A stretch of 64,000 nt of DNA from an archaeon (GTDB lineage Archaea > Nanobdellota > Nanobdellia > Woesearchaeales > JBDRAZ01), in NCBI GenBank assembly GCA_043823195.1, contig JBDRAZ010000102.1:307-64306 (forward strand), written 5' to 3'. Made by a program: the position numbers and the translations under genes. Below, piece after piece: positions 1 through 8,791 of the stretch (the first letter of the stretch is position 1; every line of letters starts with the position of its first letter). The notes below the pieces were generated by a model. The model saw only the letters and a list, made by a program, of their open reading frames with translations. It was not told the DNA's origin and ran no database searches.

Positions 1-1013
1 GGTTAGTTTTCGGAATTGCCGCGGCCGAGATCACTGCCAGAATAATTGACCTGCCGCCGGAGCTGTACAAATTACAGCTTAATTCAACCGGGAGCGTATT
101 TAAGGTATCTGACAATCATATTCTGGGTTTCGAATTCAAGAAGAACTATAGAGATGAAAATGCCGATATGATTACCAGCTACCACTACACCAATTCGCAT
201 GGATTACGGGATGTTGAGAGAAGCATTGAAAAAACCGGGCCCAGGGTAATTCTCCTTGGCGACTCAGTTGTTGCCGGCCATGGACTCCCAAACCTTAATT
301 ACACAATTTCCAGACAGCTTGAGGCTATGCTAAATGCTGGCGGCTATAACTGGGAGGTGCTTAATTTTGGAATCAGCGGCTATACCACACTTCAGGAGGT
401 TGAATTGCTTAAGGAAAGGGGCCTTCAATTCTCACCGGATATTGTGATCCTTTTCTTTCTGACTAACGACAACCCAGTAGAGAACACCCTGGTCTCATTA
501 TACGGCCCGGAAGACATCAATTTTTTTCTCAGGTCCATTTTTTTACATTCAAGATTATTCAGGCACATACTTATAAGATTCAACCTGTTTGACGTTAGAT
601 TCAAAACAGACAGCGCATACCGGCAGGCAGTTAATGATGCACACTCAGACTATATTACGGGAGCGGTGGCTGAATTGGAGAAGCTCTCCAGGGAGCATAA
701 TTTTGATCTCTATGTAGTAGACTTTCCCAGATTCCACAATTCCTACAATATCAGCTATGTCGAGCAAAAATGGAAGAATGATCTGATATTTGTACAGATG
801 ACCGCCTTTCTTGAAAAGCGGGGCATCCCGATGATTGACGTGATAGACTACTACTTAAGGGACTATAATCAATCTCCAAGGACACTCCATGTAAGCGACA
901 GGTATTCAGTTAATGACAGCATCCATGCCAACCGGTTCGGCGGCAGCATCGCTGCCCAGGCCCTGTTGGATGAACTGACCAGATTGTATTATGGGAACGG
1001 AGAGAGGAGGTAA
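1..1013 (+). CDS. SGNH/GDSL-family hydrolase, 5'-partial (gene starts upstream of the window)
   Basis: The frame is open from nt 3 to the window edge. It reads ...ARIIDLPPELYKLQLNSTGSVFKVSDNHILGFEFKK..., colinear with the N-terminus of the next ORF, so Met168 is internal. SGNH block I 'VILLGDSVVAG', block II 'LNFGISGYT', block V 'NDSIHAN'. Confidence 0.75.
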   Translation, partial: LVFGIAAAEITARIIDLPPELYKLQLNSTGSVFKVSDNHILGFEFKKNYRDENADMITSYHYTNSHGLRDVERSIEKTGPRVILLGDSVVAGHGLPNLNYTISRQLEAMLNAGGYNWEVLNFGISGYTTLQEVELLKERGLQFSPDIVILFFLTNDNPVENTLVSLYGPEDINFFLRSIFLHSRLFRHILIRFNLFDVRFKTDSAYRQAVNDAHSDYITGAVAELEKLSREHNFDLYVVDFPRFHNSYNISYVEQKWKNDLIFVQMTAFLEKRGIPMIDVIDYYLRDYNQSPRTLHVSDRYSVNDSIHANRFGGSIAAQALLDELTRLYYGNGERR

Positions 1014-1111
1014 TGGGTGCTGACCTCACGGATCGATGCGGGAGCTGATACTGGTACGGTCAGCCTGAACCATGGAAATCATTAAGTATCTGGAGATGCA
1101 GTATCCATAAA

Positions 1112-2143
1112 ATGACAAAAAGGGGGAATTACTTATATGTTCTTGGCATAACCGTGATGGTGATCCTATTTACTGAGACCTGCGCCAGAATAATTGACCT
1201 GCCGCCGGAGCTGTACAGATTACAGCTCAATTCAACCGGGAGCGCCTTTCGGGTCTCGGACAACCCTGTCCTTGGCTATGAGTTCAAGAAAAGCTACAGC
1301 GACGACAATCCTGACCTTTACACGAGCTTCCCGTCAACAAATTCCCACGGGTTCAGGGATATTGAACGAACATATGAAAAGGGCTCAAGAAGGATAATTG
1401 TCCTTGGCGACTCTGTGGTTGCAGGGACCGGAATATTTAATCTGAATGATACAATCCCGGGACAGCTTGAGGCAATGCTAAATGCTGGCGGCCATAACTG
1501 GGAGGTGCTTAATTTTGGCGTGATAGGCTACTCAACATACCAGGAGCTCGAGTTGTTGAAGCAGAAGGGACCGGATTATGACCCGGACATCGTTATCCTG
1601 TTCTTCTCAAAAAATGACCACATGAGGTACAGCAGGGACATAATGCTGTTTGGTCCGGAGATTAACTTTTTCTTGAAGAATGCATATCTCAAATCAAGGG
1701 TATTCAGGCACCTGGCCACCAGATTCAACTGGTTTGGCATGAGATTCAAGACCGATCCCCTGTACCGGCAACAGGTTAACAACAACAATGCTGCGGAGTC
1801 CGGTGAAAGCCTGCAGCGCCTGATAGAATTCTGCAGGGATTCTGATATTGAGCTTTTCGCAGTTATGTGGCCTAATTTCCCGTCCCTTAATAACGCAACC
1901 GATACCCTGAAGTACTGGCAGGAGGACCGAATCTTTCTGGAATTTGCCGACCATGCAAGATCGCAGAATGTTGGCTTGATTGATGTCTGGGACACATTTG
2001 CAGAGGATTACCGGTCTGCATCGCCAGCAGAGGATTTTAATGAGTACTATACCATAAATGATACAATCCACCCAAATGAGCGCGGCACATACCTGGCTGC
2101 AAAGGCGATAAACAAATCGCTTATTGCAGAGTCCCCAGGCTAG
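1112..2143 (+). CDS. SGNH/GDSL-family hydrolase with N-terminal membrane anchor (tandem paralog of the preceding gene)
   Basis: N-terminal hydrophobic segment 'YLYVLGITVMVILFTE'. Motifs 'IIVLGDSVVAG', 'LNFGVIGYST' and 'NDTIHPN'. Colinear with ORF 1..1013. Confidence 0.8.
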   Translation: MTKRGNYLYVLGITVMVILFTETCARIIDLPPELYRLQLNSTGSAFRVSDNPVLGYEFKKSYSDDNPDLYTSFPSTNSHGFRDIERTYEKGSRRIIVLGDSVVAGTGIFNLNDTIPGQLEAMLNAGGHNWEVLNFGVIGYSTYQELELLKQKGPDYDPDIVILFFSKNDHMRYSRDIMLFGPEINFFLKNAYLKSRVFRHLATRFNWFGMRFKTDPLYRQQVNNNNAAESGESLQRLIEFCRDSDIELFAVMWPNFPSLNNATDTLKYWQEDRIFLEFADHARSQNVGLIDVWDTFAEDYRSASPAEDFNEYYTINDTIHPNERGTYLAAKAINKSLIAESPG

Positions 2144-3260
2144 CGAGTGCGTCGTATGCCTCTGCAGATATGAGATCCCAGCTGTATTCCCTGGCTGCCT
2201 TTCTTGCATTTATGGAAAGCTTTTTTCTGAGGGTAGCATCACCTAAGAGGGCCCTTATGGCCCGTTCAAAGTCCCAAATCTCACTCACGCAGGCATTCAC
2301 CCCGTCGGAGACCCTGATGCCTCTTGCACCCTTTGGTGTTGTTACTGCAGGCAGACCAGAGGCCATGTATTCAAGGAGCTTGAGGTTGGTGCCGGAGCCT
2401 GAAAGCATCGGGTTTATTGCGATGTCTGCAGCCTGGAAATATGGAAGGATATCGCCTATGTCGCCGGTGCAGAACATATTGCCCCGGACCTCTCGTTGCG
2501 CCACATGCCCAGCCACAACGAAAAAGATGTCTTTCATCTTTTCTGCAAGGGACCTAATGGATTCAAGTGCTTCTTCATTGGGAGGATGCCTGCTTCCGGT
2601 GAAAAGGACTATATGCCTGAATTTTTTTCCAACTTTTTTCCAGATGAATGAGGGGTCTCTTTTTTTCGGGGTGAAAATCCTGGTGTCAACGCCGTTCGGA
2701 ATTATGCAATATCTTTTCTTTCCGTATAAAGACCGCAGTTCCGTTTTGTCCTCCTCGCAAACGCAGAAAACCATGCTGGCAAGGCTTATTGCCTCCTGCT
2801 CGGTATGTCTTACAGATTCCGTAATTCGTTTTCCTAGCGGGTGGCTTCTAAAGATGTCTCTTGCAAGATTGTGCTCAATATTATGCGCAACAAGGACTAT
2901 TGGCTTATCAGTGAATTTTGCTATCCAGGCGACAAGCCAGGGGTGCTCTACCTGGACAATGTCGGCATCTTTCAGATCAGACAGCAACGGGGCCGGAGGC
3001 CTGACGTGGCGGAATAGCGAGGGGATGAGAAAGTCGTATGAGCGGATTCCCAGGAATTTAAGGAATAGAAGCACGGCAGTAAATGATTTCAGGGAGTATA
3101 TGTGCTCAGCGTAGCCCTTGTTCAGGGTGGCAGTCTTGTTCAGCACCGGAGTAAATGAATGCTGAACAGCATTAAGCCTCTTATTTAGATTGTATACCCT
3201 TATCTGGCCGCCCTGGCGGGGCGGGTATGCATAATACTGGCAGATGCAGACAATCTTCAT
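2121..3260 (-). CDS. GT4-family (GT-B fold) glycosyltransferase
   Basis: C-terminal motif 'INPMLSGSGTNLKLLEYMASGLPAVTTPKGARG'. Size and layout are typical of GT4. 23-nt convergent overlap with the upstream SGNH gene. Confidence 0.8.
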   Translation of the reverse strand: MKIVCICQYYAYPPRQGGQIRVYNLNKRLNAVQHSFTPVLNKTATLNKGYAEHIYSLKSFTAVLLFLKFLGIRSYDFLIPSLFRHVRPPAPLLSDLKDADIVQVEHPWLVAWIAKFTDKPIVLVAHNIEHNLARDIFRSHPLGKRITESVRHTEQEAISLASMVFCVCEEDKTELRSLYGKKRYCIIPNGVDTRIFTPKKRDPSFIWKKVGKKFRHIVLFTGSRHPPNEEALESIRSLAEKMKDIFFVVAGHVAQREVRGNMFCTGDIGDILPYFQAADIAINPMLSGSGTNLKLLEYMASGLPAVTTPKGARGIRVSDGVNACVSEIWDFERAIRALLGDATLRKKLSINARKAAREYSWDLISAEAYDALASLGTLQ

Positions 3261-4904
3261 TTAAGCCTGCCTGATGCTGGAATGTTTTAAATTACTATCT
3301 GCTGATTTGTATATCATGAGTTTTGTTTCCGGGTACTGAACCTCGCCTACCTGCGCAAAATCCTGAAGCGAGACCCTGTGAATCCAGGCCTCGTTAACAA
3401 GGACAGCTGCATCAATGGAGGAACGGCTCCCTATGTCCCGGTCTGTCTTTATAACAAAATCGGCGTATTCACTGGCGCTCCACCGGTCCAGGAACGGGTC
3501 ACCGTAGTAGACATCCACCCCAATGCCCCGGACCCTGAGCGAATAGCCAAGCGCCATGCCAAGCATGCTGTAGGATACCAGGCAGGTCTCCCTTCTTGAC
3601 GGGTCTTCATACTGCTTCAGGACTCCGACGATGTCGCCCACCCTCCAGTCATATTGTACCGGATAGTACAGCCCCATCTCATACACCATGCCGGGATCCG
3701 GACCGTAGGCATCGTGCATGAAGGTGTGCTTGGATATCATGGCAAATCCCAGTTCCCGGTTCACTGAACCAAGGATTGAATGATCGAAAGAGGCGGTGAT
3801 AAGAATGGTCTGGGCCAGGGCAGCAGCAATTATGACTGCAAGCAAAACCCTGCGATAACGCCCTGCTCTGCAAGCAAAGACTGATATCATCAGCGCTATT
3901 GCCGGAAGCGCCGGAAGCATATAGCGGATGTCCAGATTGTTATACAAATTGCCAAAGACGATGAGTGGAGGAAAAAACCAGGCTAGGAGCAACCCCCCCC
4001 GCCCATGCAGAATATGGGTGACAAGGGCAACCAAAAACAGGACAGAAAAAAAAAGCAGTATCTGGTAGGCAGCAAGACTGATGACATAAAAATGCAGACC
4101 CCTGACAAACCCTGCTACCGGGCCCAGCGTACCATCTGATGTCAGCTCTGCGCTTATTGCCATCTTTGCGTGGCCATAGATGCTGCCAATATTGGGGAGA
4201 TAGAAGGGCGCTGCAGTAATGAAGAACACAGCCAGGGCGACCAGGATATTCGCAAAGATCCCTGAATGCCTGCCCCTCCAAGACAGATATGTGAACATGG
4301 CAAGGGGGCCAGCAATGTACACCGCCAGGGTTGGCTTCAGGCTGGCAGACAATCCGGCTGCAAAGCCGAAGACGGCAGCCCAGATGCGCGACCTGAACAT
4401 GCCGGTCTTCAGCATGGCGTAAACTGCAAATGCAAGTGAGCACATGAACGGATAGTCGAAGTAGAATACCCTGGATAACCCGAAAACATTTGGAAATGAG
4501 CAAACCACGACAGCAGATACAACCCCGGCTGTCCTGGAGTGAAGCACTGAGCCGATGCCATACATTGAGAACACCAGGATTGCCAAAAACAGGGTATTGC
4601 TCATCTGAAGGGCCAGGGGATCTCCATCGAAGAGCAACAGCCAGACAGCACCGTATATTGCGTGAAGCCCGGGATAGTCGCCCCCGGTGTAATAAATGCC
4701 GGAAAAAGGCCCACGGGTCACTGATTCATAGATATCCAGGCTGGTAATGGCCTGCAGGGCGTCATCGCCGAAAGGGGGAAGCCTGTTTGTTTTCAGAACC
4801 CAATAGTTCAGCGAGACGTGCAGGAGCACAAGCCCAAGTAGCATAACAATGCAATTCCTGTGGCTGAAAACCCCGGGTCTGTTCATTGTGAAAGAAAGCC
4901 CCAC
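3261..4904 (-). CDS. Polytopic GT-C-fold glycosyltransferase (ArnT/PMT_2-like)
   Basis: About 12 hydrophobic segments. First-loop acidic motif 'PPFGDDALQ', 'SLKPTLAVY' (KPxL-like) and a soluble C-terminal domain of ~150 aa. The listed start is GTG at 4904; an ATG alternative is at 4886 (MNRPG...). Confidence 0.55.
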   Translation of the reverse strand: MGLSFTMNRPGVFSHRNCIVMLLGLVLLHVSLNYWVLKTNRLPPFGDDALQAITSLDIYESVTRGPFSGIYYTGGDYPGLHAIYGAVWLLLFDGDPLALQMSNTLFLAILVFSMYGIGSVLHSRTAGVVSAVVVCSFPNVFGLSRVFYFDYPFMCSLAFAVYAMLKTGMFRSRIWAAVFGFAAGLSASLKPTLAVYIAGPLAMFTYLSWRGRHSGIFANILVALAVFFITAAPFYLPNIGSIYGHAKMAISAELTSDGTLGPVAGFVRGLHFYVISLAAYQILLFFSVLFLVALVTHILHGRGGLLLAWFFPPLIVFGNLYNNLDIRYMLPALPAIALMISVFACRAGRYRRVLLAVIIAAALAQTILITASFDHSILGSVNRELGFAMISKHTFMHDAYGPDPGMVYEMGLYYPVQYDWRVGDIVGVLKQYEDPSRRETCLVSYSMLGMALGYSLRVRGIGVDVYYGDPFLDRWSASEYADFVIKTDRDIGSRSSIDAAVLVNEAWIHRVSLQDFAQVGEVQYPETKLMIYKSADSNLKHSSIRQA

Positions 4905-4936
4905 AAATAATTTAAATAAGCGCAGTACTCGTCACT

Positions 4937-5956
4937 ATGATGGAGAGGTATAAAAAACTATCTAAGATTTACGGGCTGTACATGTCCAGGGTGCTGAACA
5001 GGCCCCTCATCAAGCCGTATACCGTTACAATCACGCTCACCTCCCGGTGCAACCTAAGGTGCCTGATGTGTGACCACTGGAGGGCAGAGTGCGCTGAACC
5101 AACACTTTCTGAGGTGAAGGGATATATCGATCAGATATCTGAGTGGGATATCCCTGAGATTGAGCTGTCTGGCGGTGAACCGTTTGTCCGGAAAGACATT
5201 CTCGGGATAATTGATTATGCCACCCAAAAGGGCATTGGCATGAATATTACCACAAACGGGACTCTTTTTAGTGAGAAGAACATGAGGCGGATTGCCGGCT
5301 CAAATGTGAAGAGGCTTCAGATTTCCCTTGATGGGGCGACTTCAGAGGTTCATGACAGGATAAGGGGTGTGCCCGGCACTTATGAAAAGGTAATGAAGGC
5401 AGTTGGTTTTTTCAGGGGAAAGATCCCGGTGAATGCAACAACCGTCATCATGAGCCATAACCTTAACCAGCTGGTGGAGCTGTATCATCTCACAAAGAGG
5501 CTGGGGTTTTCATCGATAACATATCAGCCTGTGAATGATTCCAACATTGATGTGGGAAGCAGGAAGCGGCATAATCCATTGAGGGTAAGTGACCTGGATA
5601 GGCTTGACAAGGTAATGGATCAGCTTATTGGGCTCAGGAAGATGGATGCCTTTATCGGGAATCATCCGGGATTCCTTTCCTCTGTAAAGGATTTTTTCAG
5701 GGATATGCCCAGAGAGAGGATAAAGTGCTATTCGGGATTCATATCAGCAATAATCACGCCAGATGCAAGGTTCTGGAGCTGCAAGGGGGCTTTCGGGAAT
5801 CTCAATAGAGAGGGATTGAAGTCAGCCTGGGAGTCATCTGCTGCAAAGAAGAAGAGAAAGGCAATAAAGAGGTGCAGGAACATCTGCATGTACCCATGCT
5901 TCCTTGATCCGGATGCTGACTCAGTGATTGCAGCAACAAGGGAGGCCCTCAGATGA
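4937..5956 (+). CDS. Radical SAM protein with Cys-rich SPASM-like C-terminus
   Basis: CxxxCxxC cluster 'SRCNLRCLMCDHW', 'ELSGGEPF' (SAM-binding GGE). C-terminal cysteines 'CYSGF...WSCKGAFGN...CRNICMYPC'. Confidence 0.8.
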   Translation: MMERYKKLSKIYGLYMSRVLNRPLIKPYTVTITLTSRCNLRCLMCDHWRAECAEPTLSEVKGYIDQISEWDIPEIELSGGEPFVRKDILGIIDYATQKGIGMNITTNGTLFSEKNMRRIAGSNVKRLQISLDGATSEVHDRIRGVPGTYEKVMKAVGFFRGKIPVNATTVIMSHNLNQLVELYHLTKRLGFSSITYQPVNDSNIDVGSRKRHNPLRVSDLDRLDKVMDQLIGLRKMDAFIGNHPGFLSSVKDFFRDMPRERIKCYSGFISAIITPDARFWSCKGAFGNLNREGLKSAWESSAAKKKRKAIKRCRNICMYPCFLDPDADSVIAATREALR

Positions 5957-7554
5957 AGATCCTTGTGATGGACAACCAGATAATTTACCCCCCTGAGTCC
6001 GGTGCTCCGCTGCGGATTGTCAACTCCTTTGGCAGGATGCCAGATGATTATGAAGTAACGTACCTTGGCGTTACGGGCTGGATGCACCGGGGGAACACAA
6101 AAAAGAAACTGTCGAAGAATTTCACTGAAGAGATAATGGTCCTTCCAAAGATCTTCCTTAATGTTAACAATTTTTTAACTAATGTCCTGGGGTCAATACC
6201 GGCGTTTGATGCGCTCTGCACAACATTCAGGGTGCTGAACAGGAGGTTTGTTAGGCACATGGAGCAAAAGATCGGGGAGTCTGACATCCTGGTCAGCTCG
6301 CACCCCTGGTTTTTTAATTACTTCAAGAACAGAAACGACAAGCTTCGCGTTTATGATTCGCATAATTGCGAATACATGCTTTACAGGAAATTCCTGAAGC
6401 CCGGAGTTTTCAACCATCTTCTCGGACGATGGATAAGACGGATTGAAGAGCAGGCCTGCAGCAAGAGCGACATTGTGCTTGCATGTTCAGAGGCTGACAA
6501 GAGGCACTATGTTGGGCAGTACGGGATCGATGCAGGGAAGGTGCATGTTATTCCCAACTCAATCAACACCGGGGGATTTTCAGTGGTGGCTGATTCAGCA
6601 AAAGAGTCTGCAAAGAAGAGGCTTGGCATCAGGGGAAAGACACTTCTCTTTGTTGGCGTCCACTATCTGCCAAATATCGAGGCATTTGATTATATAATGA
6701 AAGAGCTTGTGCCTAAGCTGGATCATACGTTCCTTATTGTTGGCAGCATCAGGGAGGCTTTCTTCAATTCTGTTGATGACGAGCTGAGGAAACTGGAGGT
6801 TAAGCCGGCAAAGGATATGCTGGGCTACGGATGGCACAGCCTGGAAAAATGGGGGCATGAGGGATTTGATGTCCGCTGGACAAAAAAAGAGTGCAGCTTC
6901 TATGTGAAGGGCAGGGCAACTGAAATCACAATCCATGCTAGATCAAGGAAATATGTCACGGGAACCCTGCTTATCAGGAACAGGCCAGTAAAGAAGCTAA
7001 ATTTTTTCGGGCTTGATTTCAGGAAGCATACATTCAGCATTCCTGAGCATAAGGGATTCTGGTGCACCCTGAGGCTTCATGGGACAAGAAAGCCGCTGTT
7101 TTCAGATACAAGGGATACGGGAATTGCGGTCAGGGGGATATCCTGCAACGGAAATGAGATCAGCCTTGCGTCAACGATTGCGCCCCTTATGATACCAAAG
7201 AATGTCAGGCTCTTTGGGCATGTGAACACTAAAAAGCTGAAAGAAATTTATAAGGCATCCGACATTGCGATCAACCCGATCTTCTCCGGTTCCGGCCTTA
7301 ATATTAAAGTCCTGGACTACATGGCTGCAGGCATTCCAACCATAACAACCCCGCATGGCGCCCGCGGGATTCAGGCCGAGGACGGCAGGGATTTCATTGT
7401 GACAGATGACCTGCTACAGGAGATAAGAAGGGTTTCTGCTGACCCTAAGCTGTACAGAAAGCTTAAGAAGAACGGCAGGAGGGTGGTTGAAACAGAATAT
7501 GACAGCAGGGTCATAAGCAAAAGGATCGATGGTATTTTCAGGGGATTTGTATGA
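5953..7554 (+). CDS. GT4-family glycosyltransferase carrying a ~150-aa inserted beta-rich module
   Basis: GT4 C-terminal motif 'INPIFSGSGLNIKVLDYMAAGIPTITTPHGARG'. ATGA overlap with the radical SAM gene. Residues ~268-417 ('GYGWHSLEKWGHEGFDVRWTKKECSFYVKG...') interrupt the second Rossmann domain. Confidence 0.75.
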   Translation: MKILVMDNQIIYPPESGAPLRIVNSFGRMPDDYEVTYLGVTGWMHRGNTKKKLSKNFTEEIMVLPKIFLNVNNFLTNVLGSIPAFDALCTTFRVLNRRFVRHMEQKIGESDILVSSHPWFFNYFKNRNDKLRVYDSHNCEYMLYRKFLKPGVFNHLLGRWIRRIEEQACSKSDIVLACSEADKRHYVGQYGIDAGKVHVIPNSINTGGFSVVADSAKESAKKRLGIRGKTLLFVGVHYLPNIEAFDYIMKELVPKLDHTFLIVGSIREAFFNSVDDELRKLEVKPAKDMLGYGWHSLEKWGHEGFDVRWTKKECSFYVKGRATEITIHARSRKYVTGTLLIRNRPVKKLNFFGLDFRKHTFSIPEHKGFWCTLRLHGTRKPLFSDTRDTGIAVRGISCNGNEISLASTIAPLMIPKNVRLFGHVNTKKLKEIYKASDIAINPIFSGSGLNIKVLDYMAAGIPTITTPHGARGIQAEDGRDFIVTDDLLQEIRRVSADPKLYRKLKKNGRRVVETEYDSRVISKRIDGIFRGFV

Positions 7555-7838
7555 GTGAATTTGCCTTAAGCCGAAGGCATATCTAAAGGATGCTGATATT
7601 TCTCACCCGGCCTGACAAAAGAGGGGGCATTCCTGCTGAATATTATGCTGGTAAGCAAAGGGAATGCTCTGGGCAACCGCCGCCCATGAGCCAGATGGAA
7701 ATGCAACCATTTCAGGCGGACCTGATCTGCAAGTGGTGCGACCGGCCGAGGCATGATTAATAATGCCGGGCAGATGAGGTTCTCGGGCAGTGCGGGCATC
7801 CCGGTCAGGGAAACCCGCCGCCGCAGCGGGCGGTCTCG

Positions 7839-8696
7839 CTACTGCAGTATGGCTGTACTGTAGGCCTTGTCCAGGGGGAGAAGGGGATGCTCAGGATTGC
7901 CGACTTCCCCGGGACCGCGGCTGTACAAGGCAAACTGTTCCGACTTGGCAAGCACATCAGCAACAAACCTCCTCGTCTCCGGATATAAGTGCTGCTCAAT
8001 GCTCCCCCAGCTATGGTCCGGCCCAGCCCTGAGGGCATTTTCCAGCCTTCCCGGCCCGGCGTTGTAGGCAACCAGGACAAGGGCATTGTCATTGCCATAC
8101 TGCTTCATCAGATCAGACAAGTAGTGTGTGCCAGCAAGGATGTTTTTTTCAGGGTCAAAAAGCTCATTTGCCCGTACCTTGTATTTCGCTGCTGTCCTGG
8201 GCATCAGCTGCATAAGGCCGCGTGCCCCTTTCCTGGAAACCGCGCGGGGGTTCCCCCCTGACTCTTCGTATATCACGGCCTTGATCAGCTCATAGCCCAC
8301 ATTGCCATGCATCTGTGAGGCTTTCAGAATAAACTGATCGTACCTGGCGATCCTTGCTGATATCTGTTGAAATTCAGATGAGCCTGTTCCGCTGGCCGGC
8401 ATGCTGACCTCGGTGCCCAAGTGTTGGTCCAGCGCATCATGCCCGGAGAGCGTATCAGGCGGGCTGCCAGTAGGAACGGGAGCAACTGCCTGCGTGGTGT
8501 CCGGAGCAATGGGGGCTTCCGGCATGTATCCAGCCGTCTGCATTATTTCTGCTAGGGCAGTATACTGAGCCATATCTGCCTCTGAGAATGAAAAGAACAG
8601 ACCAAGGCCCGCGAGGCCAATGGTTGCCGGCAATGACCGGCCCCTTTTCGGGGTTAACCTCCCAGCGGTGTTTTTTTGTTTCATTGCATATTTCAT
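7839..8696 (-). CDS. Secreted or membrane-anchored lytic transglycosylase (SLT domain, bacterial murein hydrolase type)
   Basis: Canonical SLT motifs 'YEESGGNPRAVSRKGARGLMQLMPRTA', 'NILAGTHYL' and 'VAYNAGPGRL'. N-terminal hydrophobic anchor 'LPATIGLAGLGLFFSF'. The listed start at 8726 is TTG. ATG starts at 8696 or 8684 are more likely. Confidence 0.85.
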   Translation of the reverse strand: MKYAMKQKNTAGRLTPKRGRSLPATIGLAGLGLFFSFSEADMAQYTALAEIMQTAGYMPEAPIAPDTTQAVAPVPTGSPPDTLSGHDALDQHLGTEVSMPASGTGSSEFQQISARIARYDQFILKASQMHGNVGYELIKAVIYEESGGNPRAVSRKGARGLMQLMPRTAAKYKVRANELFDPEKNILAGTHYLSDLMKQYGNDNALVLVAYNAGPGRLENALRAGPDHSWGSIEQHLYPETRRFVADVLAKSEQFALYSRGPGEVGNPEHPLLPLDKAYSTAILQ

Positions 8697-8791
8697 GATT
8701 TTCCAGTATTTATGCTTCGCGGTCAATATTTTTAATTAATTGCCAATAATATCGAAAGATTTAACTAATAGTAAAAAATATTCAGAAGATT

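Noticed and set aside
2170-3114. Long antisense ORFs opposite well-supported genes. Examples: 2170-3114 (+, 314 aa), 20776-21354 (+), 27377-28075 (+), 33096-33776 (+), 34811-35374 (+), 51872-52606 (-, 244 aa) and 62930-63496 (+).
   Set aside because: Their translations are Ser/Arg/Leu/Cys/Pro-rich and low-complexity with no motifs. The opposite strand carries recognisable domains or coherent signal-peptide/TM architecture and operon-consistent start/stop junctions. These are typical shadow ORFs.
3940-4503. Same-strand nested ORFs inside larger genes. Examples: 3940-4503 (-) within the GT-C gene, 30759-31205 (-) within the 470-aa gene, and 53669-54061 (+) within gap.
   Set aside because: They are alternative frames of well-supported genes, with Cys/Arg/Pro-rich implausible translations and no independent start signals.
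7566-8098. ORFs 7566-7799 (-), 7790-8032 (+), 7805-8098 (-) and 7867-8067 (+) in and around the GC-rich stretch downstream of the SLT gene.
   Set aside because: They are short, mutually overlapping and Pro/Arg/Gly/Ala-rich, as expected from random frames in GC-rich DNA. Several overlap the well-supported SLT coding frame. The 7555-7838 stretch may be a decayed gene remnant, but I cannot support a call.
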